Assembly (NCBI GenBank): GCA_044892525.1
Contig: CM097888.1
Location: 46,376,001 to 46,440,000 of the forward strand
Source: Schmidtea polychroa
Lineage: Eukaryota
Reading direction: 5' to 3'
DNA: 64,000 nt
Position numbers and translations under genes: made by a program
Notes under the pieces: model-generated
What the model was told of the DNA's origin: nothing
What the model saw: only the letters and a program-made list of their open reading frames with translations
The model's database searches: none
In this document: positions 11,816 through 22,733 of the stretch, piece by piece
How positions within the stretch are numbered: position 1 is the first letter of the stretch
Layout: every line of letters starts with the position of its first letter

Positions 11816-14132
11816 CAGGTAGTCCTCGACTTACCACCGAGATATGGACAGGAGCAACGGTCGTATGTTGAGTTGGTCGTAAGTCGAGTTCATATAAAAA
11901 AAAATAAATAAAAAAAGAACAAAAATATAAACGGATTATTAGAAGCAAAATACAAATTCATAGTTCAGTCTTTATTTAAAATTATAATAAAAAGCCATGA
12001 ATACATTTATATTAAATAAATTAAATTAAAATTACATGTTTACTTGTTCTCGTCATCCGAACTTATCACATTAATATAATCCATTGAGTTATCTTGAACA
12101 ACTGCACCTTCAGTGGCAGTTTTTAAAAAAAACCTGTCTAATGTTGTTTGCACACTTTGAACTTTCATTTCGCTATAAATTGCATAATAACATGCCATAT
12201 TTTCCTCAATAAGCTTATTTACTTTTGTAAATCTTTCCTCATTAGCATCCATTTCTTCCAATTTTTGCATTCCCTGATGAATTTGGTGAAAAGCTGCAGA
12301 CATTTCTTTTGCCGAAAAATTTTTTTGTGGCATTTCTTCCTCGTCTGATTCGCTTTCATACGCAACACATTGTGCTTCAAGATTCAATAAATCTTCAGTC
12401 GTTAGATTATCTACATGGTATTCAATAAGTTGGTTAATATCTGCATTGTCAACATCAAGATTAAGTTGCTTATCAAGCTCTACGATCTGAGCGGTAATTT
12501 GTTCAATGCCAATTTCGCTTTCAATTGTCGAACTGACATTCTCTTGAAGTCGCTTTGTTAGATTTTTCCATATTCCACTCATACAAGAAGGTCTGACCTC
12601 TTGCCATCCACCTGCTATGTTTTTAATTGCTTGAAGCATATTATATTTCGACCAAAATTCTTTTAGAGTGATCTCATCTTCAAGTGCTTTAATTGCTTGA
12701 CTAAATGTGATTTTCAAATAGTGAGCCTTAAATGTAGCAATAGCTCCCTGATCCATTGGCTGTAAAATACTGGTGGTATTTGGGGGTAAATACATAATTT
12801 TTATGTTCGGTGAAAGATCGCCAAGATATGTGGGTGTCCAGGTGCATTATCCAGTAATAAGAGGATTTTTAAAGCAATGCCCTGTCGATTACAATATTCT
12901 TTTACTTCAGGCGCAAATACCTTCATAAACCAGTTTTCAAAAAGTAATTGCGTCATCCAAGCATTTTTATTTGTGCGGTAATGTACTGGTAACATATTGA
13001 TATCCACTCCTTTAAATGCTCTTAGTTTTCTTGATCGATGTATTACAAGAGGTTTCAATTAATACCCAGCAATATTTCCGCCCAATAAAATTGTGATACG
13101 ATCTTTATGTGCCTTAAAACCTGGCATACGTTTTGCTTCCTTATGAATGTACGTACGATCAGGCATTTTCTTCCAATAAAGCGCGGTTTCATCAACATTA
13201 AAAATTTGTTCGTTGGTATAATTTTCTTCTTGAAGGAAATCATCGAATTTAGCTACAAAATCCTCAGCAGCTTTATTATCAGCACTGCCTGCCTCTCCAG
13301 AGATTTTTACATTTTGTAAATTCGCTCGTTTCCTAAATTTTTGAAACCAGCCGTTACTTGCAATGAATGTCTGATCATGGCCTTCCCCTCCCTTTAATTT
13401 CAACATTTCAAAAAGACTTAGAGCTTCAGTTTTGATAATTGCGAGGCTAAGAGGAATTTGTTTTATGATCAAATCCTCCATCCAAATCACCAACAACTTT
13501 TCCATTTCATGCATGGCCCCTTGCCTTTTTTTGGTTATAACTGTAGATTGCATACATGCTGATTCTCGAACTGCTTTTAAAATTCGATCTTTATCTTTTA
13601 AAATTGTTGAGATTGTTGAATGGGATAGTTTAAAGGCATGCGCTATGTCTTTCACCTTTTTACCACTATCATGCTCTTTAATTAACTTATGTTTCATTTC
13701 TAAATCTATAGCACTTCTCTTATTTTTTCTACTTCTATTATTCACAGACATTTTTGGGATAAAAAAATTATTCACTTTTAAAAAATTAAAATGGCTACTC
13801 AATTAGGCCTTTTTTAGCCTTTAAATTTTTGATATGACAGATAAATTTATGCTGTCGTTTTGTTTTTAAATTAGTTGTAGCTAAACAATTTAAAAGTGCT
13901 GAATATTTTTTACGGCTTGCTAATTTAATTTTTTACTAATTCTAAATTTGTTTTTGTTGTTAAAAACTAAAATAGTAGGTAACTTATAAAATTAATAGTG
14001 TTTAATTAAGGAAAATTAATTGGTTTAATTTTTTAGTTCGGTTCGAAACAAAAATCAGGCCCATTGGGAAAAATAATTTTAGGAAATAATTTTGGTCGTA
14101 AGTCCGAACCGTCGTAAGTCGAGGACTACCTG
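11816..14132 (-). mobile_element. Full-length Tigger/pogo-family DNA transposon (2317 bp)
   Basis: 19-bp TIR CAGGTAGTCCTCGACTTAC, TA TSD (11814-15, 14133-34), and an internal transposase. Confidence 0.95.
12040..13802 (-). pseudogene. Tigger/pogo (CENP-B-like) DDE transposase, disrupted
   Basis: HTH-psq/CENP-B HTH (HSTISTILK, ASNGWFQKFRKR), FNVDETALYWKKMP, LLLLDNAPGHP and YLPPNTTSILQPMDQG. There is one premature TAA at 13059-13061 (AGY*LKPLVI) and one frameshift near 12800-12830. Confidence 0.92.
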
Positions 14133-14545
14133 TAAATTTAAAAATCTTACTTTAATTTACTTATTTAACTTTTATTCAAATATTTTGACCATTGATCACT
14201 TAATTCAAAAATCTGAAATTTAATTTAATTTGATTCAAAAATTTGGACCATAATTTACTTTAATTTCAAATTTGAACCTTAAATTGACTTTGAAATTAAT
14301 TTAATAAAAATTTCCATTTTAAATTGTCTTCAAAAATTATTTCATAAAAATATTTATTTAAAAATTTCAATTCTCACCGACTATTATTCTAACTTTTAGT
14401 TATTAAATTTAAAAATATTATTTCAATTTAATTATTTAATAAATTTAATAAAAACAATTATTATCCAATCAGAAAATTAAAAAATCAAAACAATTCAAAC
14501 AAAATCACTATTTAAACTAAAAGAATATGTTATAAATCATATAAA

Positions 14546-15997
14546 ATGAACGAAAAAAACAAAGCTGTAAAAAATTTTAAATTCTTAAATAGATTTAATA
14601 AAAAGAATTTTTATCAGATTAGAACGAAATTAGAAAATCCAAAGATTTCAAATTTAAAAACTATTGAAACTAAAAGATTATGTGATAAACCACATAAAAT
14701 GAACCAAGACCCCAAAGTTGTAAAGAATTTTAAAGTCTTAAATAGATTTAATAAAAAGAATTTTTATGCGATCAGGACAAAATTAGAAAATCAGAAATCC
14801 GAAAAAGTATGTTCAAAGTCTATAAAATTGAACAAAGAATCGAAAAAAATGTTAAACATCGATATGAACGTTAGTCAACTGCAATCCAGTAATCCCTGTG
14901 GTAACAAGGGAGTGGCAAAAAGCATAGAAAAGGATGAAAAAATTCAAATTTCAAACAAAATCTATACCTTCTATGAGGAAAATACCAAAGATAAAATTTT
15001 GAACATCGTTACGAACGCCAGTTATTTCTGTAATAACAAAGGCGTGGCAGAAAGCATAGTAAATGTTAAAAAAATATCAAAATCAGAGAAAAGGAAGGAA
15101 ATTTTAAAAGATTTCAATATATTTAATAAAAAGAACTTTTATCCTGTCAGAAAGTTTGAAAATCACAATAATAATCCAAACCCAAATACCATTGAAACCC
15201 GAAAAATCTGTGCAAAATCTGAGAAATTAAACCAAGAATCCAAAGTTTTATTAAATTTAAACAAATTTAATAAAAAGAATTATTATCTTTTCAGAAAGTT
15301 TGAAAATCAGAGAAAGAATCCAAACCCAAATACCATTGAAACCCGAAGAATCTGTGCAAAATCTGAGAAATTAAACCAAGAATCCAAAGTTTTATTAAAT
15401 TTAAACAAATTTAATAAAAAGAATTATTATCCATTCAGAAAGTTTGAAAATCAGAGAAAGAATCCAAACCCAAATACCATTGAAACTCGAAGAATCTGTG
15501 CAAAATCTGAGAAATTAAACCAAGAATCCAAAGTTTTATTAAATTTAAACAAATTTAATAAAAAGAATTATTATCTTTTCAGAAAGTTTGAAAATCAGAG
15601 AAAGAATCCAAACCCAAATACCATTGAAACTCGAAGAATCTGTGCAAAATCTGAGAAATTAAAACAAGAATCCAAAATTTTATTAAATTTAAACAAATTT
15701 AATACAAAGAATTATTATCTTTTCAGAAAGTTTGAAAATCAGACAAAGAATCCAAACCCAAATACCATTGAAACCCGAAGAATCTGTGCAAAATCTGAGA
15801 AATTAAACCAAGAATCCAAAGTTTTATTAAATTTAAACAAATTTAATAAAAAGAATTATTATCTTTTCAGAAAGTTTGAAAATCAGAGAAAGAATCCAAA
15901 CCCAAATACCATTGAAACTCGAAGAATCTGTGCAAAATCTGAGAAATTAAACCAAGAATCCAAAGTTTTATTAAATTTAAAAATTTATTTACTTTGA
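14546..15997 (+). CDS. 483-aa basic Lys/Asn-rich orphan repeat protein (48-aa unit), 3'-truncated by inserted DNA
   Basis: 1452-bp ORF. It has about 5.5 homogeneous 48-aa units (FNKKNYYLFRKFENQRKNPNPNTIETRRICAKSEKLNQESKVLLNLNK), preceded by about 190 aa with older diverged in-frame units that show synonymous-biased changes. The stop lies in the LTR-derived duplicated block. Confidence 0.5.
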   Translation: MNEKNKAVKNFKFLNRFNKKNFYQIRTKLENPKISNLKTIETKRLCDKPHKMNQDPKVVKNFKVLNRFNKKNFYAIRTKLENQKSEKVCSKSIKLNKESKKMLNIDMNVSQLQSSNPCGNKGVAKSIEKDEKIQISNKIYTFYEENTKDKILNIVTNASYFCNNKGVAESIVNVKKISKSEKRKEILKDFNIFNKKNFYPVRKFENHNNNPNPNTIETRKICAKSEKLNQESKVLLNLNKFNKKNYYLFRKFENQRKNPNPNTIETRRICAKSEKLNQESKVLLNLNKFNKKNYYPFRKFENQRKNPNPNTIETRRICAKSEKLNQESKVLLNLNKFNKKNYYLFRKFENQRKNPNPNTIETRRICAKSEKLKQESKILLNLNKFNTKNYYLFRKFENQTKNPNPNTIETRRICAKSEKLNQESKVLLNLNKFNKKNYYLFRKFENQRKNPNPNTIETRRICAKSEKLNQESKVLLNLKIYLL

Positions 15998-16956
15998 ATT
16001 CAAAGCGTGTTTATTAATTATAATTCAACACTGTCGAACACAATAAGCTTTATTAATATCCACACGGGATCGTACAAATTTCAATTACAACTAATTTATC
16101 ACACTGAGCTTATTTCGACACTACGTGAAGAATAGCCCTTTCTGTAACCACAACAATAATCACTAGTCATCAACTACTCAATTACAGGGTACGTTGATCG
16201 ATTATTCTATTTGCTTTGACCACCAATTTATTTACTGCACTTCCACTTTATATTCAATTTTACAAAAGATTCTCATTTCACTCGGTCCTGATCTCTGTTT
16301 AATTCTCCCTTTGATTCTCTTTTTTATCGCTCAAAATTTAATTCTCCTTTTAACTCTCGTTTTCTTCTTTTATTGTCTCGGTTTTTGTGTCTAATTTGGT
16401 TTTACTTTTGTTCTGATTTCTCGGTCAACTGTTCCGTTTTATATAGTCTGTTTCATTTTTGGCACTGGCGACAGATTCTGTTTTCCATTTTCCTTTTCCT
16501 CTGCGTCAGCCTTATTTCTGACAGATATCAAGATTTGCCCTGATTTTCTTTTTCATCACTGCTTATGATACACAATTTTTACGATATAATTTCCATATTA
16601 CGATAAGTTTTTTTACGATACAGGTAGTGGCACTAATAGAAACCTTATTTACACTAACTGTGTGAGTTGAATTCCATTTAAATTGTTGGAATTCTGAAGA
16701 TTTCGAACGGATTGAGATTCTTATCTGGCGCCATGTGGTTTTTTAATTAATAACACAATACCCAAAAAAAGAACAAATAAATTAAAATTTTATTATACAT
16801 TTGCTATTATTCTTTATTATACTTTTAGCTAAAATATTTTAATGGGAATAAAAACATGTATGCAAACCCCATAATAAAATTAAGTAAAATATACACAGCA
16901 AGTAACAATTTCCAATAATCTTTATTTTTTGAAATACATAAAATATCAATCAACAA

Positions 16957-17818
16957 TTAAAATATCACATCATTCAAGATATTGTTCAATCTATCTTTGA
17001 GATTGCTTGGATCCGGATCATGATAGATGACATACATCTCAGCGTCATAATCATTGTTCTCATCAATAGCATCAACTCCTAAATAATACCCAAATGCACA
17101 ACTTGTATTTTTTCCTACCCAGGCACGCTTATCATAATTATTTAACAATGCTATTTTAGAATTTTTAAATGTGAAAAACTGGTGATTCCGGATTCCTATT
17201 CTAGACTGCGGTACAGAAATAATATGATTGTTATTATAGCAATCTAGATATGATTGATGGTTAATCCATGCTCATGGTAATTTTACCACCTTCGCTCTCA
17301 TTATCAATTTAGGTACTAAAATCCATAACACTTTGAACATAAAAAAACTCATTTATCGTATTGCTCTCATCATTGAACTTTCCGATAACAAAGTCGTTCC
17401 TCGAATAAAATGGGTGAGAAAAATCGTAATTTGAGGTGTCTAATAAGTAATCGGTAGTAATACATCTCATTTTAAATTTTTTATTTTAAAAAAAAACTGT
17501 CAATGCCGCTGGCTATTATATTGATATTGCAATTATATTGTCGTTTGTATTTCTCCAATTCATTATACTGTAGCTGGTACATCTGCAATTTAGGCAGATC
17601 TAGCACTGATTGTCCGATGATGGTAATGAATTTGTAATGGTTTAAAGCAGGGGTTTCAAACTCAAACTGGCCTGCGGGCCGCATTAGACTAGTATTATGA
17701 GCCGGCGGGCCGCAACATAAATAATTTTTTTTCAGAACATGTGGAGTCTGAAACTCCGACGTTAATATTTATTTAATTAAAAACTCAACAAAACTAAAAA
17801 ACATTTTTTTATTATTAA

Positions 17819-17856
<38 letters not shown>

Positions 17857-18125
17857 TGTATAACGTCATATGTATAAATAAAAATAATTAAAAAGATAAG
17901 TTTTAATTTATACAGCCAATTATGATTTTAATTGTTAAATAAGTTTGGTTAAATTACAAATCTATGTTTTTTCGTTGCGGGCCGCCAAATGTAACGCAAC
18001 GGGCCACGTGTTTGAGACCCCTGGTCTAAACATATAGTATTTATTCAGATGAGCAGCAATCATATCACCATCAATTCTCATGAACATAGAAGCCCATATT
18101 ACCATAATGTCAAATTTGGATAAAT
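16957..18125 (-). pseudogene. Polinton pPolB relic (copy B), interrupted by a MITE
   Basis: ORF 16957-17148 is nearly identical to 5172-5363, and IGQSVLDLPKLQMY lies in ORF 17481-17684. Confidence 0.75.
17648..18023. mobile_element. Charlie/Buster-like hAT MITE (376 bp) with internal (TAA)n
   Basis: TIR CAGGGGTTTCAAAC / GTTTGAGACCCCTG and subterminal GCGGGCCGC repeats. Flanks GTTTAAAG and GTCTAAAC match at 6 of 8 positions. Confidence 0.85.
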
Positions 18126-18332
18126 AATGAGTTCTTTCGTGATAAGTGTGAGACTACTAACGGATCAAAATCTATTTCCATAACATTAATAAATAGATGC
18201 AACGACGTAACTTCACATTTTAGGCGCACAAGGAAAATATATTTTGAACTCCCGTTTTCAGTCGAATGAAATAAGTTCTGAAATTATTTTTCATACAAAC
18301 ATATTTCTCATATTCATTTAAACATGCACATA

Positions 18333-18769
18333 TAGGCTTACCACCCGTTCGGTTTTCGCACGAACAGTTCGGTAATCAAATGAATTGTTCGTTGTTCGTT
18401 TGGCACCCAGACCGAACGTTAAAATGTTCGGTTATTGTATCAATTAATTAAATTCCATGTAAAAAAATAAAAAAAATTAATTTAGCTTAAAAATATTGTT
18501 TTACGTTAACTTAATTCCACTACCTGTTTGTTAATAAAGTTAATAAAGTGCTAATTCTTTCATAATGACTGATATATTTATTTAATATATTATGAAATAA
18601 AAAGTGTTAATTTTAATTTTTTGTTTTTTCGTTTTATACATTTAATATTTATATTTAAATACATATTATAGATACACTTATTATAAAATTGATGTTTTAT
18701 TTAAATTATTATTTTTTTTTAATTGGTTTGAGTGTTCGTATATCGGTCGAGAAACATGTGGTAACCCTA
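18333..18769. mobile_element. hAT-type MITE (437 bp), copy B
   Basis: Same element and same TGCACATA TSD as 6167-6603. Confidence 0.85.
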
Positions 18770-19546
18770 TGCACATATAAAAAACAATTTAAAAGTAAAT
18801 TCTTTTTAAATTAAAGAAATATTATATTTTATATTTATAATAAAATAAATTTAAAGCTTCAAGCAGAGGTTCAAAATTCAACCTACTTTTCTAGCTAAAA
18901 GATTTATAGATAATTTCGAATCGGTCAGATACTGTGGTGATCTATTAGACAGAGGTCCAACAAAAGGATTTTAATTATGAAAAAATTTTTTGTTGCAATT
19001 TTGTAAAATAGTTTTAAATAATATTGTATCATAAATTTTCTAAACAAAATCATTTCAAAAATTTGTCTGACTAAACACAAATTTAAGTTTTTTTAATTTA
19101 AATTTTTACTCTACATAATAATTATGAGAATAAATTAAATTTCATTTTATCATTTTTACAATTTACAAATAAACTTTTAATGTAAAACTTTGAAAATTTT
19201 AAATACAGTTTGTACTAAAAAACTCATTACAATGTAAATTTGTGCAATTAAATCAAAAGAAAAAGAAAATTTAAGTAAAAAGAAAACTTTTTAAATTAAG
19301 AAATCAACCTTGATATTGTTTTATGTATTAATAAAATTTCATATATCTTTGCGTTATGTATACTTAAAAATTTTACGAACTGATTTCTTTTGTTTTATAC
19401 GATAATGTATTAGGTTGAAAATTTAATTTTTACTTGTAATATTCTTATAACGAAATTTGTTTTAATAATAGGAGAAATCCTTTCAATTTTAATTAATAAT
19501 TTTTTTAATTTGTAATATCATTTTATATATTTATATATATTTTTAA

Positions 19547-22326
19547 ATGGTTAACTATCTCAACGATATCAGAAATTATGTTCACATGCACATGAAATCC
19601 GTATTAATTGTTAATTTTTAAATCTTATATAATAAAATCTTAGAAGCAATATGAAAGTGCAGTTTATTATTCCGAAATTTTAAATACAGGAAGCCAAAGT
19701 AATTAAAAGTTCATAAAATAGTTTTAATCTTATTATTCAGATCTTAGTGACATGTTATTACTTACAGAAGCCATGTTTAACAATAACGAATACAGAAGAG
19801 TTATTCATTTTATAAATAAGAATGCATCGATTAAGGTAATTATTAATTATCTACACAAATTTATTATGATAACGTTTCAGAAATATTTAACATTTCGTTA
19901 TATAGAAGCCAGCAGCCATTTTGCTCTCAATGATGGTATAACAGCCATTCAAGTGTTAGACCATAATTTAAATGTGACAAAGAACATAATGAACTCTTCC
20001 CTCTATGGATATGCCGAGGATTCGATCGGATTTCAAGGATACGATGAATTGGAAAGTTCTTTTTTCGGTAATACTTATAAGCAGGTAAATATTTTATCTA
20101 TTATTTTATAACGAAATATAATTAAATTATAACCAAAATTATTAAATAAATTTTAAACAGATTTTTCTTTTGGATTTATTATTAAAAATAATTATTTATC
20201 TAGCATTATTTAATAAATTTCTACCAATCAGAATTTATGTTCAATTGGGTTGATGAAATTTTATAATTATCATTTTAATAATTTTGACCTATTTTATGGT
20301 TGCCATGACAATAACTGGACTACATATTGGTCAATATAAGCTTGTTGATTATCCAAATCGTTTTCAAATTTAATTTACATTTTCATGTGGACACATTTTA
20401 CTGTTTCCTAGCAACAGTACCCTGCAAATTGTCATAAATATTATTCTATTACTTATGGGAAATCTACTCCTACTAATAAGTTGAAATAAACGAATATAAC
20501 GCGTCATCATTCAGCTGGAAAACAAGTGCTACATGTTACTGGCGGAAATATACAGTAAAATAGAGAATCGAGACATGGCCACTGAATATTATAAATTGGC
20601 CGTCAGGTCGGATGTTAGCTGTTATTCTGCCATGAAGAAATTGCAATTAGAAAATATGCTGTCACCATCTGAGGCTCAGCTGTTCATCTCGTCTCTGGAT
20701 TTCAGTGAGATTCCCAACGAGAAACTGTCACAAATAATCAAAGCCAGCTATGAAGATCTATTCAACACTGTAAATATTATTTGATAAATAACCATCGGGA
20801 ATTGATAAACAAAATGTATATCTATATCCCAGGAGTGCAATGTAGGCAATGAATTGAAATGCCTGCAGTCAGATTACACCCTTGTCAATCACCATTCAAG
20901 TCTGCTGAACTGCGCAACTCGATATTATAACAATTCCCGGTTCAAAAAGGCCTATGAATTAACAAAAAGAATCCTGAAAGAAGATCCCCACAATCCAAAT
21001 GTCATAACGCTACATGTCGCCATATTGGTGGAGCTGAAATTCAATAACGGTACCCCATTACTAACCAACTGTTACTGGTTTCATTTCCCGCCTTTTAGAG
21101 TTGTACAGCTTCTCCAGCAGTTTGATAGATAATTATCCCGACAAGAAGGTTTAATTGATTGATTTTCGCTCCCGATTTCATTGATTATTTACTTGAATTC
21201 ACTTCCAGGAGTCCTGGTACGCCATTGGATGCTATTCGTTGACCATCGATAATTATGACTTGGCTATCCAACAGCTCATGTAAGGATGTTTCCCATAGAA
21301 TAGTTTTTTTTGATGGCACTCATAATCAATCGATATATTATTTTATCACGGATATTTATGTTCAGGAAAGCAACAGAAATCGATAAATTCTTTGGATATG
21401 CATGGCTCGCCATCGGACATGCTTATAGCACACAGAAAAAAAGTGATCAAGCTCGTGCGGCATACTGTACCGCTAGCCAGTCCATTAAAGGGTACATCTT
21501 AGCTGTTCTTTGAGGTTAATTATCGATTTTACTAGATCCCATGTTCCCTTGGTGTACATTGCCCTTGAATACAGCCAAGATAATAATCTCAATCTCTCTC
21601 TCAAATACCTACAAGAAGCAATTAAAACCGGCTCCCACGACCCCTATTTTTGGAATGAAAAGGGCTATTTAGCTTTCAACTGTAAAAAGTTATTTATATA
21701 ATTTCATTATTAAATTTAATTCTTTCTTTCAGCTATTCTGACTCTTTGAAATTCTTTCTGAATGCCTACGAATTAAAGAGAAATGAAATTAATTCTTTAA
21801 CAGAATTTTGGGCACCTCTTTTCAGCAACATTGGGCATTGTTACATGAAACTTGGGTAAATCTTTCTGTCAGTCGATAAATACATATTACATTCCTTTAG
21901 TGACTTTGACAAGTCTTTGGAATACTTTGAAAAAGCTCTGGGGAAAAAACCTAACAATCCATCAATAATGAATTCTCTTGCATTAGTTTACGTTAGGAAA
22001 GGAAGTGCAAGTGAGGCTCAAAATTATCTAAGAAGAGTTCTTGGTATTGACCACAGCAATCTATTTGCCCAGTCACTCTTGATATCATTGAGAAAGTTGA
22101 ATGCAAAATATTCAATGAAAATAATTCCTGGTACTGATTTTATGTAGATTTTATCCATCTATTTGTTTTTTCATTTTTAGAAAATAATTTCGAATTGTCT
22201 GATACTTTTAAAATTTTCGACGTTCCATTGGAAAAAAAACAAAATTCGAATGATTTTGAAAGTCTAAGGAAAATTCTTAACAAAGATGCATGCAAAATAT
22301 TATCCAAAGTTAAGCCAAAAGAATGA
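19547..22326 (+). CDS. CDC16: Anaphase-promoting complex subunit 6 (Cdc16), TPR protein, about 592 aa
   Basis: 13 GT-AG exons join in frame: 19547-19600, 19644-19698, 19741-19835, 19881-20084, 20515-20769, 20833-21049, 21099-21148, 21209-21279, 21366-21491, 21536-21688, 21733-21855, 21901-22130, 22181-22326. Motifs match Cdc16: ENRDMATEYYKLAVRSDVSCY, ILKEDPH..LHVAILVEL, SWYAIGCY, YAWLAIGHAY...DQARAAYCTA, HVPLVYIALEY, DPYFWNEKG, WAPLFSNIGH. Confidence 0.93.
20299..20312. promoter_or_regulatory. RFX X-box-like motif in CDC16 intron 4
   Basis: GTTGCCATGACAAT, a 13/14 match to GTHNYYATRRNAAC. Confidence 0.45.
20403..20415. promoter_or_regulatory. Second X-box-like motif (13-bp form) in CDC16 intron 4
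   Basis: GTTTCCTAGCAAC, resembling the GTTNCC-TAGCAAC RFX site form. Confidence 0.4.
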
Positions 22327-22733
22327 ATATCAATTTTTTATTCTATTTAATAAATGTTCTGTATTAAAATTTCTGATTTTTTTAAAATAAATTTAAATCT
22401 AAAATTGTGATTATCAACTGACAAGTTATTATTTTAAAATTTTACTCTTAATATATTTTTGTAATAAAATATTATTTTAAAACAGGACTTTATAAAGTTA
22501 AGTCTTTAAAGAAATTAATAATAAAATGTGTAGTTTTTAAAATTAAAATTTATTTTAAAACTATTTATTTCCACAGAAGATTATTCGAAATTACATTTGT
22601 TTTAAATTTCTAGTTATTTTATCATTATTTCAAATATCTTAGTTACTGTAATATTTGGTGTAATTTTTATAGTTATTTTAAACTTACTATATAAACATAA
22701 ATTTATAAAAATTTTTAAATAAACAATTTTTTA

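Larger units (their letters stand above)
15988..18862 (+). repeat. Segmental duplication, copy B
   Basis: Matches 3637-6696. It lacks A about 4200-4775 (LTR right end and microsatellite) and carries an extra MITE at 17648-18023. Confidence 0.9.

Noticed and set aside
12148-13806. ORFs 12148-12348, 13107-13319, 13432-13806 (+) and 13055-13243 (-)
   Set aside because: Antisense or alternative-frame shadows of the Tigger transposase.
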